Program-made: the position numbers and the translations under genes
Shown here: one piece after another, positions 24,095 to 37,283 of the stretch
How the letters are laid out: each line of letters opens with the position of its first letter
How positions within the stretch are numbered: the first letter of the stretch is position 1
The notes under the pieces: generated by a model
The model's input: only the letters and a program-made list of their open reading frames with translations
Told to the model about the DNA's origin: nothing
Databases searched by the model: none
Assembly (NCBI GenBank): GCA_028534125.1
Contig: CM052816.1
Location: 94,862,001-94,926,000 of the forward strand
DNA length: 64,000 nucleotides
Direction: 5' to 3'
Source of the DNA: Lama glama
Taxonomy: Eukaryota

Positions 24095-24455
24095 GTAGGA
24101 CACATGGGGTCCATTCAACGAGGATGCTGGAGAGACTTGCCTGGAGGGACCCTTTTCCAAGGTGTGGGCAGGGCAAGGGGCTGAGCCTGGGATGGCCAGG
24201 CAGCTGTCATCTGTAGGAACAGCGGGAGGAAATGGTGTTTCTAGATCCCAGAAGATCAGGAGCCTTGGAGTGGGGGTGCTGTAGCCACTAAGGGTCTCAG
24301 CCCTATGGGCAGAACCAAGGAGGGGGTGCAGGGGAAGCAGAAACACGCCAGCTCTCTCTCCTCGTGCCTTCTGGCTTCCCACAGATTCCTCCATTGGCTG
24401 AACCCGGCTGGTGTTCCTGGGCAGGAGTGTTTGGGAGCTTCGACACAAGGGCACA
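24095..24455 (-). mobile_element. Possible ERVL LTR remnant (LTR33-like)
   Basis: Weak resemblance only: ccaaggtgtgggcagggcaagggg ... ccattggctgaaccc. Confidence 0.4.
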
Positions 24456-24459
24456 CTTG

Positions 24460-24680
24460 ATTTTTTTTTTTAATTCAAGTTTACTTGATTTACAATGTTG
24501 TGTTAGTTTCTGGTGTACAGCATAGTGATTCAGTTATACATGTGTAGTTTCTTTTTCATTGTAGGTTATTACAAGCTATTGAATATTTTTCCCTGTGCTA
24601 TATGGTAGGACCTTGTTGTTTATCTGTTCTGTATATAGTAGTTTGTATCTGCTAATCCCAAACTCCTGATGTATCCTGGT
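24460..24680 (-). mobile_element. Truncated artiodactyl/camelid L1 3' end
   Basis: Poly-T, then ttgatttacaatgttgtgttagtttctggtgtacagcatagtgattcag ... gtatctgctaatcccaaactcc. Confidence 0.88.
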
Positions 24681-25447
24681 TTTTTTACACAGCAGTGTGA
24701 GTCCTGACTAGACAGCGTTAGATGTCAAAATGCTGTAGATACGGAGCTGATAGGAAAGTGACTTTGTAATTGAACATCACTGTTCCTATCTAGATGCTTA
24801 AAAAACAAAAGCGCTAGGATTTTCCTTGGATCCTAAACACAGAGCACCTACATCCCACTCTCCTCTCAGAGTCTTGACATCAACAATGCCATCCTTTCTG
24901 AAAATCACTCATTGCGGAGGGAGGAAATGGAGCGCCTCTTACACGCCCCGCACAACTCTCCAGGCACGCGGACCTTCCTTGTCTTCCCTGAACGGGATGT
25001 CCTCTCTGTCTGATCTGACTTTTGTGAGGCCTTTTGACGTCCTAGTCTCGGTAGGTCCGCCAAAGCTCCTGGACACGTGAGACATCTGCCGTCCCATTTT
25101 CATCGCTGTGTCCCCAGCTCTGCAGGGGAACTGCCCCCAAACTGCTGAACGTTTGTAGAACTGGATTCTTAGGTGCCTTGCTCGTTCTAAGGCTCGAAAC
25201 ATTTCTTCCTGGACAAAGAATATTTTTGTTTATTGAATAAATGAATAATCAAATGAATGAGCAAATAAAGAAGTGAATCACTCTGCTGGGTCACGATGGT
25301 GTAAAGTACAAACATCTCGTGAAACTCATTATTCAGTTTCCTTTAGTCATAGCTGGTAGTTTTTCTGTGTTCATCAGAGAGAAGTCATCATGGGAGAAAC
25401 TGACCTTCACTCAGTTAAACCCACCAAGACAAAGATACAGTAACTTC

Positions 25448-25580
25448 CAGTGGTTCTTCACTCTGGCTACTTAAAAAAAAATGCTGGTGCAGGGCCCACG
25501 TGAGACCACTTATATCAGAATTTCCAAAGATGGAGACTGTGCATGGATGTTCTTCTTAATTTCCCCATGGGATAGCATGA
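25448..25580. mobile_element. hAT-Charlie MITE remnant (MER5A-like)
   Basis: cagtggttcttcactctggct ... aaaaatgctggtgcagggccc ... atcagaattt. Confidence 0.6.
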
Positions 25581-26289
25581 CAGCTATTATTCTGATGTAA
25601 GACTATGATTGTCTAAATATTAAGTATCCATTTAATTGCTGAATAATGTGTTTTTTTACTTGGCTGACATTTTAGTGGATGTCTACCATGGACATTGACA
25701 TCATCATCTGTTACCCATTCATGTCTGTAAGGATTTTCTCTTTCTTTCTGGACACCTGGCTGCCTGTTCTCATCCCTCAAGGGCCACCCCCACTATACTC
25801 TCTGTGATTCCTTCCCCTGGTGATTTTTTGTTACCTGAATTTTCATGGCACACCATCTCTGACAGTTCATAGTCATCATACAGAACACTGTATAATGTAA
25901 ATTTTATTTTTCATTGGGCAAGTATACATTTTATCTCCCCAAGTAGATTCTGATTAATTTACTAGATACGGTCCATAGTGCCTAGCAATACGTTGTTTGT
26001 AGGCGCTCAGAATGCCTGCTGAAAAATTAAAACTGTAGAAATGACACAAAGAAAAGCATACTTTCCCCAGTCTCTGGTTTGGGTAGTAGGTTATCTTGAG
26101 GAATATGAGAGAGAAGAAAATATGTTGGAAGGAAAAAATACAATAATAAATGTTCAAACTTGGAGTTATGGAAATGAAACACAGAAATACAAATATGAGG
26201 ATGATCATCAGAGACTGTAAGTGAGTCTTAATGTTCTAATTCACTGTTATCGTATTTTCCATGAAGAATAACCTCTGAACGGAATGTTT

Positions 26290-26520
26290 CTAAGAGCAAG
26301 ATAATTTGGAGCATGAGAGCATGTGTTTATATTCCAGCTCTGTCTCTCTTGTTTGTTACCTGTCCTGGGGGATTTTTGTAACCTCTTATATCTTTCATTG
26401 TGAATCTGTTAAATGAAATCAATTGCAGTACCTCTGTCTCAGGCTTGGGGTAAGGATTTAATAAAACAGTCCACGTGACCTGGTAATGGCTCAGTAAATG
26501 AGGGCTTGTGATGACCAGTA
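26290..26520 (+). mobile_element. MIR SINE remnant
   Basis: ccagctctgtctct ... taacctctt ... tctgttaaatg ... aggatttaataa ... ctcagtaaatg. Confidence 0.6.
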
Positions 26521-27496
26521 GTATTATGACAATGGAGCAACCATGTCAGACGATTTTGACTTGACTGAAAATAAGACCTAGTTTTAAAATTAATGATGTG
26601 GACAGAGGAAGGATTGAGTTTTAAATTAGCCTTCATCTCAATCTGATTTTTTTTTCTTCAGTATTTTCCATGGAAGATTGTAGCTGTGTATATTTTTAGT
26701 AGAGGTCCGCAGAATTAAGTGTTTGCAAGAAAAATTATTTGTAAAAGTTGTTTCAAAACTGAATGTTCTTCATTCTGTGAACTCAAATGACTTCTTGAAA
26801 TTTCTCAAGTTCCATGACCTGAGGCTAAAAAGAAACTGGCAAAAGATGAAAAGGAAAACATTCTCTTGTGTTCCTGTGTTCTGCTTCAAAGGACTGCAAG
26901 CCACATCGCCGCTCTCCAGTTTCAAAGAGCAGATTTATGTGCCTGACGTTGGTCTGATTGTTCGTATGCATAACGGTCACACTCTTGCCTGACCTTCACT
27001 TTCACCTTCAAGGGCAGTGCCAGTAGAAGAGGGACTCACCTTCTCTGTATCTGTTTCCTCATCTGTAAAATGCAATTGGTTGAGGGTTTCCCCGAGTTAA
27101 TAACACACAGGGTAACTAACAAAGACCCTACCATATAAGAAGAACTCAACAGTGGCAGATATTTTTGGCTGTTATTCTCATTGCTTTTTCAATGTGATCT
27201 TGTTTGGGATGCCTGGCTCAGCCGTGCTCTGTAAAATTTGAGATCCTTGTGCTTAAGCACCGCCACAACCCAGTAACTTCATTAATGTACTTGTTCATTC
27301 TTTCGATTATTCATCCATTCAGTAATGCCCCTTTTGAGGGCCTCCTAAAAGCTAAATTCTGTTTAATCCTAGTTGTGTGAGAGCTGAATGAAAACTCCAG
27401 TCTCTGATTCCCAGCGCTCTCTGTTTTCACTCTGCCATCCATGTCTTCATCAAGACTGCTTTTCTTTGAGAGTCATAGGAACTAAGGGTGTACTTC

Positions 27497-27747
27497 TTAA
27501 AAAATTTTATTATAGTTGATGTACAGTGTTATATAAGTCACAGTGTACAGCATAGTGATTCACAATTTTTAAAGGTTATACTCCATTTATAGTTATTATG
27601 AGATATTGGCTGTATTCCCCGTGTTGTACAGTGTATCCTTATAGCTTATTTTATAGCTAATAGTTTGTACCTCGTACTCCGCTACGCCTGCACTCCCCTC
27701 TCCACTTCCCTATCCCTACTGGTGACCACTAGTTTGTTCTGCATATC
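27497..27747 (-). mobile_element. Truncated L1 3' end (older artiodactyl type)
   Basis: cagcatagtgattcacaatttttaaaggttatactccatttatagttattat ... ctggtgaccactagtttgttct. Diverged TSD aagggtgtactt / aagggtctgctt. Confidence 0.85.
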
Positions 27748-29209
27748 AAGGGTCTGCTTTAAATCGGCTCTGTGTAGGTGAGTGTCCCCAGCTGTCCCCT
27801 TTCCAGAGATTCTTAGCTAAGGATGTTCCCACAACTCAGTCTGAGTCCTTATGTTGCCTCCCATAGGAGAATGAGGCGCTACCTGTAGTGTGAAAACATC
27901 GCCAAGGCGATGTCATCCCTATCTGTGTACAAGGCTGTATAATTTCATATTTGCCTCCTCACTCTTAGCCCAGAATATTTGGGATGGCAGCCTGGGGCCA
28001 CCAAGAAGAGCATGGGCTGTGTAACCTCTGGGTTATAGTAAGTACTTAATAGAGCTGCAAGCAGTGTAACACCTGTTGTCGTCCACTCCCATCAAGTCGT
28101 GACTTTATGGCCCATGGATGCCCTGCAGACTTAGGCATTTGCCAGCCTCCATGTTTACTGAAGATGAAATTAACTATCTACTCATTTTTTTTTAGTAATG
28201 TACATGGGCGTGGCTTGTCACTTGTCAGCTTCCTCAAAGGCCACTGGAAAAACCTGTTGATTAAGCAAAGAAAGCTAAGTGTCTTAGACATACTGCAGTA
28301 AAGGAGAGCGCTACCTGGCAAGTGTCCAAAGGAATAACTGGGCAGAGCATCAATGGGGCCTCAGGTCCTTGGCTGGGTGATTTGAAGGTGTGTACTGTAA
28401 GGTGGAGCCAGTGGGGTTGGGCAGAATTTGTAACACAACAGCTCTGGACTGGTGGCACGGTGGGTCCAGGGTCTTGGGGTAAGTTTTGGTGAGCAAGCTA
28501 TTACTTTTGGTAAATAAGCTGATGAGTTCAGAGTCTGAACTCCCAGAGGCAAGTACTTCCTGGAGCAGGCAGTTAGAAGAGTCTATCCCAGTGTCATCTA
28601 AGCCAGGACGAGACGTTATGGTGGTTTAACCCCCACACTTTTGTTTTTAATCATTATATAATGAAAATATTTGTCTTTAAATTGCTCTCCCTACGTGCAC
28701 GCACACACAATCAAGCACACACACACAGACACACGGATACATACTGTCTGTCTATCTTTTGCTCCCTCCCTCCTTCTCGCTCCCCTCAATCATTTATGAA
28801 GCACAAATTTAAGCTACTTTATTTGACACATGTAATCTGGTGGCACAAAACTGCCAAGAAACACAACCAAAGTATAAGAACTCATTTTTATTGGCACATG
28901 TAGGAATATGACAATTGTCAGGAGAAAGGACTTAATCTTTAACTGCAGCCTCTTTTGGAAAAAGAGGCCCGGGGCCAGTTTCCAGAGATTACAAAACTCA
29001 GCCTGGGTACCTTGGTGACACTTTTTTCAAGGTTCTGGCCTATCCAAGGTCATTGCAGAAGGCTATAGTTTCAAGCAAGCACAATTTTATATTCCTAACT
29101 TGAGCTTTGGGAATTGAAAAATACAGAATTCCATGGTTCATTTACAAAATGCTGCGATCAGATGTGAACCCATGACTTTCACAGATGGTTGCTATGAGAT
29201 GTTGACATC

Positions 29210-29765
29210 TGTACAGGAGAAAAAAAATGTTTTTTCCTTTGCCCATCTTAGATTCTCCAGCTGAGGTCCCGTAATTTAGGCAGGCAAAAGACAGATTAAT
29301 AAGAGCAAAACAGAAATTTATTAATACATACATGACACATACACGTGGGAGATGCCCCGTGATGCATAACCTGAAGAGATGGGTAGACCTTGGGCTTAGA
29401 TACCATCTTAGGCTAACAAAGGAAAAGGGGTGTGGCTTCCAGGAGGCGGAGACAAGTTACGAGGAGGAGACCAGGAAACGTGGTAAACGAAGGTTGCATG
29501 TTAAGATTTGTTACAGTGGATGTATGTTGAGGATTGTTGTGCAGAGTTAAGTCAGTGCCTTCTCCATTGATGAGTTGTTAAGAATTTCCTCCTCCTGGTA
29601 CCAGAGAGGGAGACTTGACCAATGGAAATTTCCTTTGTAAATACAAATTCCTTTCCAATAGGAAAACTTGTGCTGCATTGAGAGCTTGTCCTGCCTCTGT
29701 TGGTGCTCAAAATTATGCATGCACCAAAGAGGTATGCTTTGGGTGGCATATTCTAGTACGCTTTA
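29210..29765 (-). mobile_element. ERV1-class solo LTR (MER34/MER41-like)
   Basis: Starts TG at 29210. The minus strand reads agaatatgccacccaaagcatacctctttgg near its 5' end. Flanked by a 4 bp CATC duplication at 29206-29209 and 29766-29769. Confidence 0.75.
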
Positions 29766-31296
29766 CATCAAAGCTATTTTCAACTACGATTTAGTTTTCA
29801 AAAAATTACCATGGGAAAAGCTTCTCTACTCTTGGACAGGAGCTACATTGCCTTGTCCCAGTTGGAAACAAGCCTCATTTCCCATGCCTGGAATCTGGCC
29901 TGATCTTTCATTATTGGGAACATTTCATAGAAGAATTCTAAAGAAACTTGGATCTGCAGACTCCACTTAGAATGGAAAGAGAGATCATAGACACACCTGA
30001 GTCTTGAGCCTGCTTCAGAAAAATGTCATTATCTTTTGTCTGTAAAATTAGTTAATTTTAAATTAAACTAGCTCAGACTCTGAAACAACAGCCAAGATCA
30101 TTTTTTTCAGCTACTCATCAAAAATTTAAGTGAATGTGGAGCTCTTGCTTACACTCAGTCTATACCAGCTGGATCTAAACTTTTTATGTATGCTGCCCGT
30201 GCTAAAATTTAAATATCAGAGTGTTATTGGGATCAGTTTTGGCTTTGGACCAAACCAACGCCTTAGCGTGGATGGCCGTATCTTGTAACAAAGTTGTCTG
30301 TGAACTTCATGGGGGACCCAGGTGGATGAATCAGCTTAGACCAGAATTTAGTGTGTAGTAGCACAGATCTGATTTACTTTCTAGTGTAAAGAATAGCCCG
30401 CTCTTTGTTGGTTCTGGAGTTAACCAAAGTCTGTACATATTTTGAAAATGAGCAAGAATAATTCTGCTTGAATCTCAGCATTTGTGTTTATGTGATTATT
30501 TTGAAGAGAATTCTGTTTGTGGCGCAGAAGTGATGATGGTAGGTGACAGTCTGCAGTAATTCATTCTGACGGTTCAGTTCTCCCACCCGCTCCTCGCGCG
30601 CATTCACCAGCCCCTGCGGCCCTTTCATTTCATCTCTGCGAGCCTCTCAACTTCGAAGGATTCGGTGGGTCAGGTTCTAAAAGGATTAACCTTTACCTCA
30701 GCCCCAAGGTCACTGCAGTTTCCTGCCCTGGAATGTTAAAGAGAACTCAGAGGCCATTCCTTCTGGCCAGCCAACTCCCAGGGCCTCAGAAAGAAAGCTG
30801 GAGGAGGTTTGGCCTAAGGAACTACCCATTTTTAATTTTTTATATTATTTGTAATGGTCTCAATGTAGATTTCTTATCAATTGAGTGTTGCAATCACTTA
30901 TTGTCAAAGAACGAATTGCTCTTGAGAGAAAGTTTACAAAGTAGGCAGAAGTTCAAATAGAGTTTTCTTCACCCCATATATCCTGGAAATACTTACATTT
31001 TATTGATAAAATCCAGTAAGTCTCTGTCACGGTATCCATCATTCGATTCTAATTTTCTGGAACAATATCATGTACAATACTCTTAATGTATATAATTACC
31101 CTTTAAAATTTCCTATGCTGCAGGGCACTAAGTATTAAAATAATGTTTTCTTTTTTTATGCACTCATAACCATCTTTATTACGTTTTTTTTTTTTAATTG
31201 CATGTGTCTTCAAACACTTTTCTGCATGGATTACAAAATGGCTTTCACATCCATTTCCTGAAATAACACGCTTCTCAAAATGGCATTTACATAACA

Positions 31297-32475
31297 CACT
31301 TTTTAAAAAATAATTTATATTTTTATTGAAGATAATTGGCCTATAACATTGTGTAAGTTTAAGGTGTGCAGTGTGTAGATTTGTTACATTTATATATTGT
31401 ACTGATTACTGTCTTTCTGCTAGCTAATACCTCTACCATATCCCATAATTATTGTCTTTTTTGTGGTGAGAACAATTAAGATCTAGTCTCTTAGCAACTT
31501 TGAAATTCATAACACAGCAGTGTTGGCTGTAAGCACCGTGCTCTGCATCAGATCTCCAGAACTTGTTTAACCACTGCTTGGAAGTTTGTACCCTTAAACA
31601 ACATCCCCCCAGGTCCCCCAGCTCCAGCCCCAGCCCCAGGTAACCACCATTCCATTCTCTGTTTTTATGAGTTCAGTATTTTTAGATTCCACATGAGTGA
31701 CAGCACACAGTATTTGTCTTTCTGTGTCTGACTTGCCTCACTTAGCACGATGCCCTCAGAAGTCCATTCGTGTTGTCCAAATGGCAGAATTTCCTTCTTT
31801 CTCATGACCGAATAATATTCTATCTTATACACACACCACATCTTTGTTATCAGTTGATCTGTTGATGGAAATTTAGGTTGTGTCTATATTTTGGCTGCTG
31901 TGAAGAAACTGCAACGAACATGCAAGTGCAGGTATCCTTCCTGTCTCTTGCTTTCATTTCCTTTGGCAGTGAACCCAGAGGTGGGACTGCTGAATTAGAG
32001 GTAGTTCTGCTTTGAATTTTTGAGGAACCTCCATACTGTTCACGATAGTGGCCGTACCAACTTCCATTCCTGCCAACAGTGCACGAGAGTTTCCTTTTCT
32101 CCAACACTTGTTATCTCTTGTCTTCTTGATGATGGCCATTCTAACGGGTATGAGGCAATTCACTGTGACTTTACTTTGCATTTCCCTGATGATTAGTGAT
32201 GCTGAGCATCTTTTTATGTACCTGTTGTCTATTTGGGTGTCTTCTTTGGAAAAATGTCTACTCAGTTCGACTCTGTTTATTTTTTAATCGGATTGTTTAT
32301 TCAGTTTTTGTTATTGAGTTGTATAATTTCCTTGTCACTGTGGATGTGAACCCCTGATCCAGTCCATGGTTTGCAGCTATCTTCTCCCATTTCATAGGTT
32401 GCCCTTTCGTTTTGTTGTTTTTGTTGTTCAGAAGCTTTTAGATCGATGTAGTCCCACTTGTTGATTCTTGCTTTG
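31297..32475 (-). mobile_element. L1 fragment with decayed ORF2 C-terminus and 3' UTR (L1MA9-like)
   Basis: Minus-strand ORF 31954..32181 reads [28 protein letters not shown], resembling the L1 ORF2 motif [21 protein letters not shown]. It is frameshifted, with a T-rich tail at the left end. Confidence 0.92.
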
Positions 32476-32719
32476 AACTATGCGTTATTATAGCAACAAC
32501 TAATTTTACCAACTAATTTGGTAAAATTTACCATCAAATCAGATCAATGCTTTTATTTTTAAAAGCATTAAGTGCGTGGGATGCTTGAATCTATTTGAGG
32601 CTCTCCCGTATACTGCCCAGAAGGATTCTCAAAACAATCCTAATTCTACAGTCACACCTTGAGGGTCATGACTTCTCAGGGACAGGTTGAGAGTGTTTAT
32701 GTGATGCATCTAAATACTC

Positions 32720-32862
32720 ATATGTACAGTGTGCACACACACCCAGACATGCTTGTGCATATATGTACACACTTGCCAACTTGTACATACATGCATATAG
32801 GCACACATGCACACACTCGCATGTGTGCATATCCACACACACATAAATGCACACGGTACACG
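32720..32862 (+). repeat. Degenerate purine-pyrimidine (CA/TA/TG) repeat
   Basis: Alternating cacacacatgcacac-type tract. Confidence 0.85.
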
Positions 32863-34445
32863 CTCAGGGTGTCATGGGCCTCCAGACTTTGATCAGCCAC
32901 TCTCTACCCACCCGTGACTCAAGGTGGGACTGAGTGGGGATGGAGAAGGTAGTGATGGCAGCCCCCCAGGCCTATCCCATTCCCACCCCCTACCAGGCCT
33001 GGACCTTGACATTTTTGTAAGATAAACTTGTTTACCGCATTCTTCTCTCTTCTGTACTTTCCACAGGTGCACAAATTTTCATTCTAAGAAAAAGATAAGT
33101 GATAGAATAGTTTAAAATAAATATTTATATTTACAGTAAGGTAATTTTTAATTAGTTGATTAATTGAAGATGAAAATTTAAAGCACTCATTTAAAATGAA
33201 TTCAGCCCAATTTTTCTTTGGTTTTGAGCCATGTTCAGGGATTGTGTTTTAGGTCTAAAAACTAAAAGCAAATGAGGGGGTCATAGGAAATTCTTGCATA
33301 TCCACCAGGCAGTGTTTGATTTTATCATGATTTAACACTTGAAATTATTAAAATACTTTTTTTTAACAATGTGAGTTCTTTTTTTAAGATAGTCTTTATC
33401 TCTTTTAGGAAGAAAACCCCATAATTACCCTCTATTAAAACAAACTAAAGGATCCAATGAAAGTGATTAAGATTTTATTAAAGAAATTTTAGTAAACCAA
33501 TTACTGCTCATGAATATGGATAATCCCAAGGAAAAAAGCCATCCTGTGCCTGAAATAAACTATATTTTAAATATATTTAGTATACATAATTAGTTATTTA
33601 AATGTCTTCTCAACTAAACCTACTGTCAAAATTATGTTTGGAACAGCAATAATTTTATCCTGATAAAGGAAAGCTATTAGATACATATAATTAGGGGAAA
33701 GATGCTATAAAATAATTTTATTACAGATTATATTTGGGAAGAAATTAGAATATTTTCCTCAGATAAATTAAAATTTGCTATTGACCATCAACCAAAATAC
33801 TAAAATATTTTTATGTTACTTTCAGGTAAGAATAAATGGGCTACTTTGTTATGGCTGCTGAATACCACTGTGAATTCAGTTTATTCCAGTTTTTTTTTTT
33901 GATTAAAATTTTAGTATTACCTTGGCTAATGTAGAATTATCAGGGAATTAATGTAAGAAAATTACCCAAATGACACATTAAAAATAAACCTTCTAACTAG
34001 ATTAATTAATGCCTTTTGGTGATAAAATTTTTTCTCTACTCACTGAAAGTAGAATTTCTATAGAGTCAAGGGTCATACTCCCATGTAAATAACATTTTTG
34101 TATTCTCCTTTGGATTTGTTATCTTTAATATTACATCTTGCATCTGCTGTTGTATTCTGTCAGATCATTACTTCATTTTGCTAGCAGTATAATACTTTAA
34201 AAATGGTCACTGCTTGGAGCACACATCATCCTTAAGGGTCACATCATCCAGTTAATTCCTGTATTCATTTAGCACCCATTTGGTGAGCACTGAATGCACA
34301 TCAGAGCATATTCTGTGTGCTGTATGTGTTCCACGTGCTGTGACCACTCACACAGGGTCTTTGCTTTCATTTCTTCACTGGGCCCTTGTTTGAGGGGAGA
34401 GCAGTGAGCAAATGACAGAAGACCAAGTAATGAAAAAGCATGGGA

Positions 34446-35298
34446 GGGGAATGAAGGGAGGAAAGAAATAGGTGAGGGAGAGTAAGAGATACAAACTTTT
34501 CGTTACAAAAAAGTCATAGGTATGAAATGTACAGTGTGGGGAACACAGTCAGTAATTATGCACTGTCTTTGTATGGTGACAGGTGGGTGGTAGCTAGACT
34601 TACGGTGATCATTTTGAAATGTACAAAAATATCAAATCGCTCTGTTGTGTAAAAGGAACTAGCACTGTGTTGTAGGTCAATTATACTTCAAATAGACAGG
34701 GATTTCAAAATTATAGAATAGATAAACAAGGTTATACTGTATAGCACAGGGAAATATATACAAGATCTTATGGTAGCTCACAGAGAAAGGAATGTGACAA
34801 TGAATATATATGTTCATGTATAATTGAAAAATTGTGCTCTACACTGGAATTTGACAAAACATTGTGAAATGATTATAAATCAATAAAAAATGTTAAAAAA
34901 AAACAGCCAAACAAACTCATAGGGAAAGAGATCAGATTAGTGCTTACTGGAAGTGGGGGACAGGAGAAGGAGGAACTGGATGAAGGCAGTCACAAGGTAC
35001 AAAAGTCCAATTATATGATAAATAAGTACCAGGAGTTTATGTACAACGTGATAAGGTTAACACTGCTGAACATTATATCTGAAAGTGGTTAAGAGACTAA
35101 ATCCTCCAAGTTTTCATCACAAGGAAAAAAATTTTTTCTCTTTTGTTAATGTTGTATCTGTATGAGATGATGGAGGTTCACTAAACCTATCGTGATAATC
35201 ATGTCTTGAGGTGCGTAAGTCAAATCGTTATGCCATACACCTTAAAATTCGTAGAGGGCTATATGTCAATTATATCTCAGTATAACTGGAGGGAAAAA
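34446..35298 (+). mobile_element. Laurasiatherian L1 3' end (L1_Carn7/L1MA9-like), interrupted by a younger L1
   Basis: gtcaattatacttcaaa ... aaacaaactcatagggaaagagatcagatt ... catcacaaggaaaaaaa ... tatatgtcaattatatctca. TSD GAAAAAG(C/T)ATGGGA at 34432-34445 and 35299-35312. Confidence 0.85.
34693..34903 (+). mobile_element. Young camelid-type L1 3' end
   Basis: gaatagataaacaaggttatactgtatagcacagggaaatatatacaagatctt ... gaaaaattgtgctctacactggaatttgaca ... caataaaaaatgttaaaaaaaaa. Confidence 0.85.
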
Positions 35299-35817
35299 GA
35301 AAAAGTATGGGAAATATGAGTTAGTGATGAGTTATCTGCTGAAAATTAAAGTAGGAGATCGGGTAGCAAGGGTCTGGGAAGGTTGTTTAGACTGATCCAA
35401 GAAAGCTTCTCCGAGTTTAGCACATTTAAGCAACATGTGAGCAGAAAGACAGATCAGCCTTGGAAAGGTCTAGAGAAGAAAGTTCCAGACTGAGAGAGCA
35501 GTAAGTCCAAGAGATGTGAGTTACAAACAATCTTGTTGTTCAAGGAAAAGAAATAAGGCAATGATGGTGAGAGCGTAATGAGTTGCAGAGATGGGAGAAC
35601 CACCAGGGCAGGGACTTTTTGTTTTGTTCACTAAGTATCGACTGGATCAAACAGAGCCTGGTGCACAGGAGGTCCTTAATATGCACGGACTGAGTAAATG
35701 AATGAACTAAAGGATCTGATTCAAGATGGATTTAGAGGATCAGGGAAAGGCCTGATCTTGAAACTACAATCAGAAATGTAGTCTTGTTTTAAGTGTAACA
35801 GAATATTTTAAGGGATG

Positions 35818-36258
35818 TGTGGTAGACTGAACAAAGGCCCCCCTGAAGATGTCCACAGTCCTAGTTCTCAGAGCCTGTGAATGTTATCTTATGTAATAAA
35901 AGAGACTTTGCAGATAGGATTAGGTTAAGGATCTTGAAATTGGGGAGATTATCCTGGATTATCCAGCGGGCTCCATGTGTCAAGTGTCCTTATAACAAAG
36001 AGGGAGGAAGATCAATCAGAGAAGAGTTTGTGATCATGGATGCTGAGGTCAGAGTAGTGCTGGCTTCAAGCCATGGAATGTGGGCAGCTTTTAGAAGCTT
36101 AAAAAGACAAGGAAATTCTCCACGAGGGTCTCCAGAAGGAGCACTGCCTGCTGACCCATTTCAGTCTTCAGACCTGGAGAACTGAAATGGTAAATGTGTG
36201 TTGTTTTAAGCATTACATTTGCAGCAACTTGTTACAGCAGTAGTCAGGAACTAATACA
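35818..36258 (+). mobile_element. MaLR solo LTR (MLT1D-like)
   Basis: tgtggtagactgaa ... gactttgcagat ... ttaaggatcttga ... gggagattatcctggattatcca ... aggaactaataca. Confidence 0.88.
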
Positions 36259-36569
36259 AGATTATTCCACATTAAAGACAGTGGCCATTTAATAAGTTGC
36301 AAATATGGAGAAGGATACATTTTTCAAAGTGAAATATCATTTGTTATCCAAATTAAGATACATTTTAAATTTAGTTACAAAATGTAGCTGGATTCCGCTT
36401 CCTATATCTTCTGTAATCTCACAATAGACTTTAGAAAAGGATGGAGGAATTGAAGAGAGTGATAAAACAAGTGAATCTCAGAATGAGAGATGTAACTAGA
36501 AAAAAAGTTATACAGGGAAAAAAGTGAGTCCAGTAGACAGAGGGAAAGGAGCTGGAAGGAAAAGGAATG

Positions 36570-37055
36570 GGTGTTAATTCCTGCTGCTGTGTAACAAATC
36601 AACCCTCAGTTTTGCAGTTTAAAACAATAAACGTTTATCCCAACCAGTATCCGAGTGGCAGGAGCCCAGAAGTGCAGGTGTGCATGGTTCTAGCTCAGGG
36701 TTCCACGCTGATGATGTGGCATTATCTGAAGGCTTGACTGGGGCTGGAGCATCCGTTGCCAGGACAGCTTGCTCACATGTCTGTTGGCTGGAGTCCTTGG
36801 TTCTTTTCCATGTGGACTTCCTCATGGTACTGCTTGAAAATCCTCACAGCTTGATGGCAAACTCCCCGTCAAATGAACAATCCAAGACAGAGCTGGGAGG
36901 GAGCCCCAGTGCCTTTTCTGTGGCCTCGTCTCAGGAGTCACTCTGTCATCTCCTCAGTATTCTGTTGATCGGAATCGAAGCACTATGTCCAAGCCACACT
37001 CATGGGTGAAGGACTGGACTCCTGCATGTGCAGGGAATGTCAGAAAACCACCGCA
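36570..37055 (-). mobile_element. Old MaLR LTR (MLT1H/J/K-like)
   Basis: gctgctgtgtaacaaatc ... ttaaaacaataaac ... tctgaaggcttgactggggctggag. Confidence 0.72.
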
Positions 37056-37176
37056 GAAGAAAGAGGAGTGAAGAGAAATTTGAGTAAAACAAGTATTTCT
37101 CATTTGTTCACAAAGAAACCTTGGATATGTCCATTTTTCTCCACTCATCTCTCTCCCTCCATCAGGGACCAATGGA

Positions 37177-37283
37177 TGTGTGTTTGTGTGTCTGAGGGTG
37201 TATGTGTGTGTGAGTATATGTGTGTGACTGTGAATGGATGTGAATGTGCATGTGTGTATGCGTGAATGTGTGTGTGTGTGTGT
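37177..37283 (+). repeat. Imperfect (TG)n repeat
   Basis: Read directly from the sequence. Confidence 0.9.

Larger units (their letters stand above)
34255..35580 (-). mobile_element. L2 remnant split by an L1 insertion
   Basis: attcatttagcacccatttggtgagcac (reverse complement of the L2 3' end) on the left. L2-like sequence resumes after 35312 (agaaagcttctccgag ... aagttccagactgagagagcag). Confidence 0.55.

Noticed and set aside
31850..32287. Functional L1 ORF2
   Set aside because: Only a frameshifted C-terminal remnant, with no endonuclease or reverse transcriptase domain.
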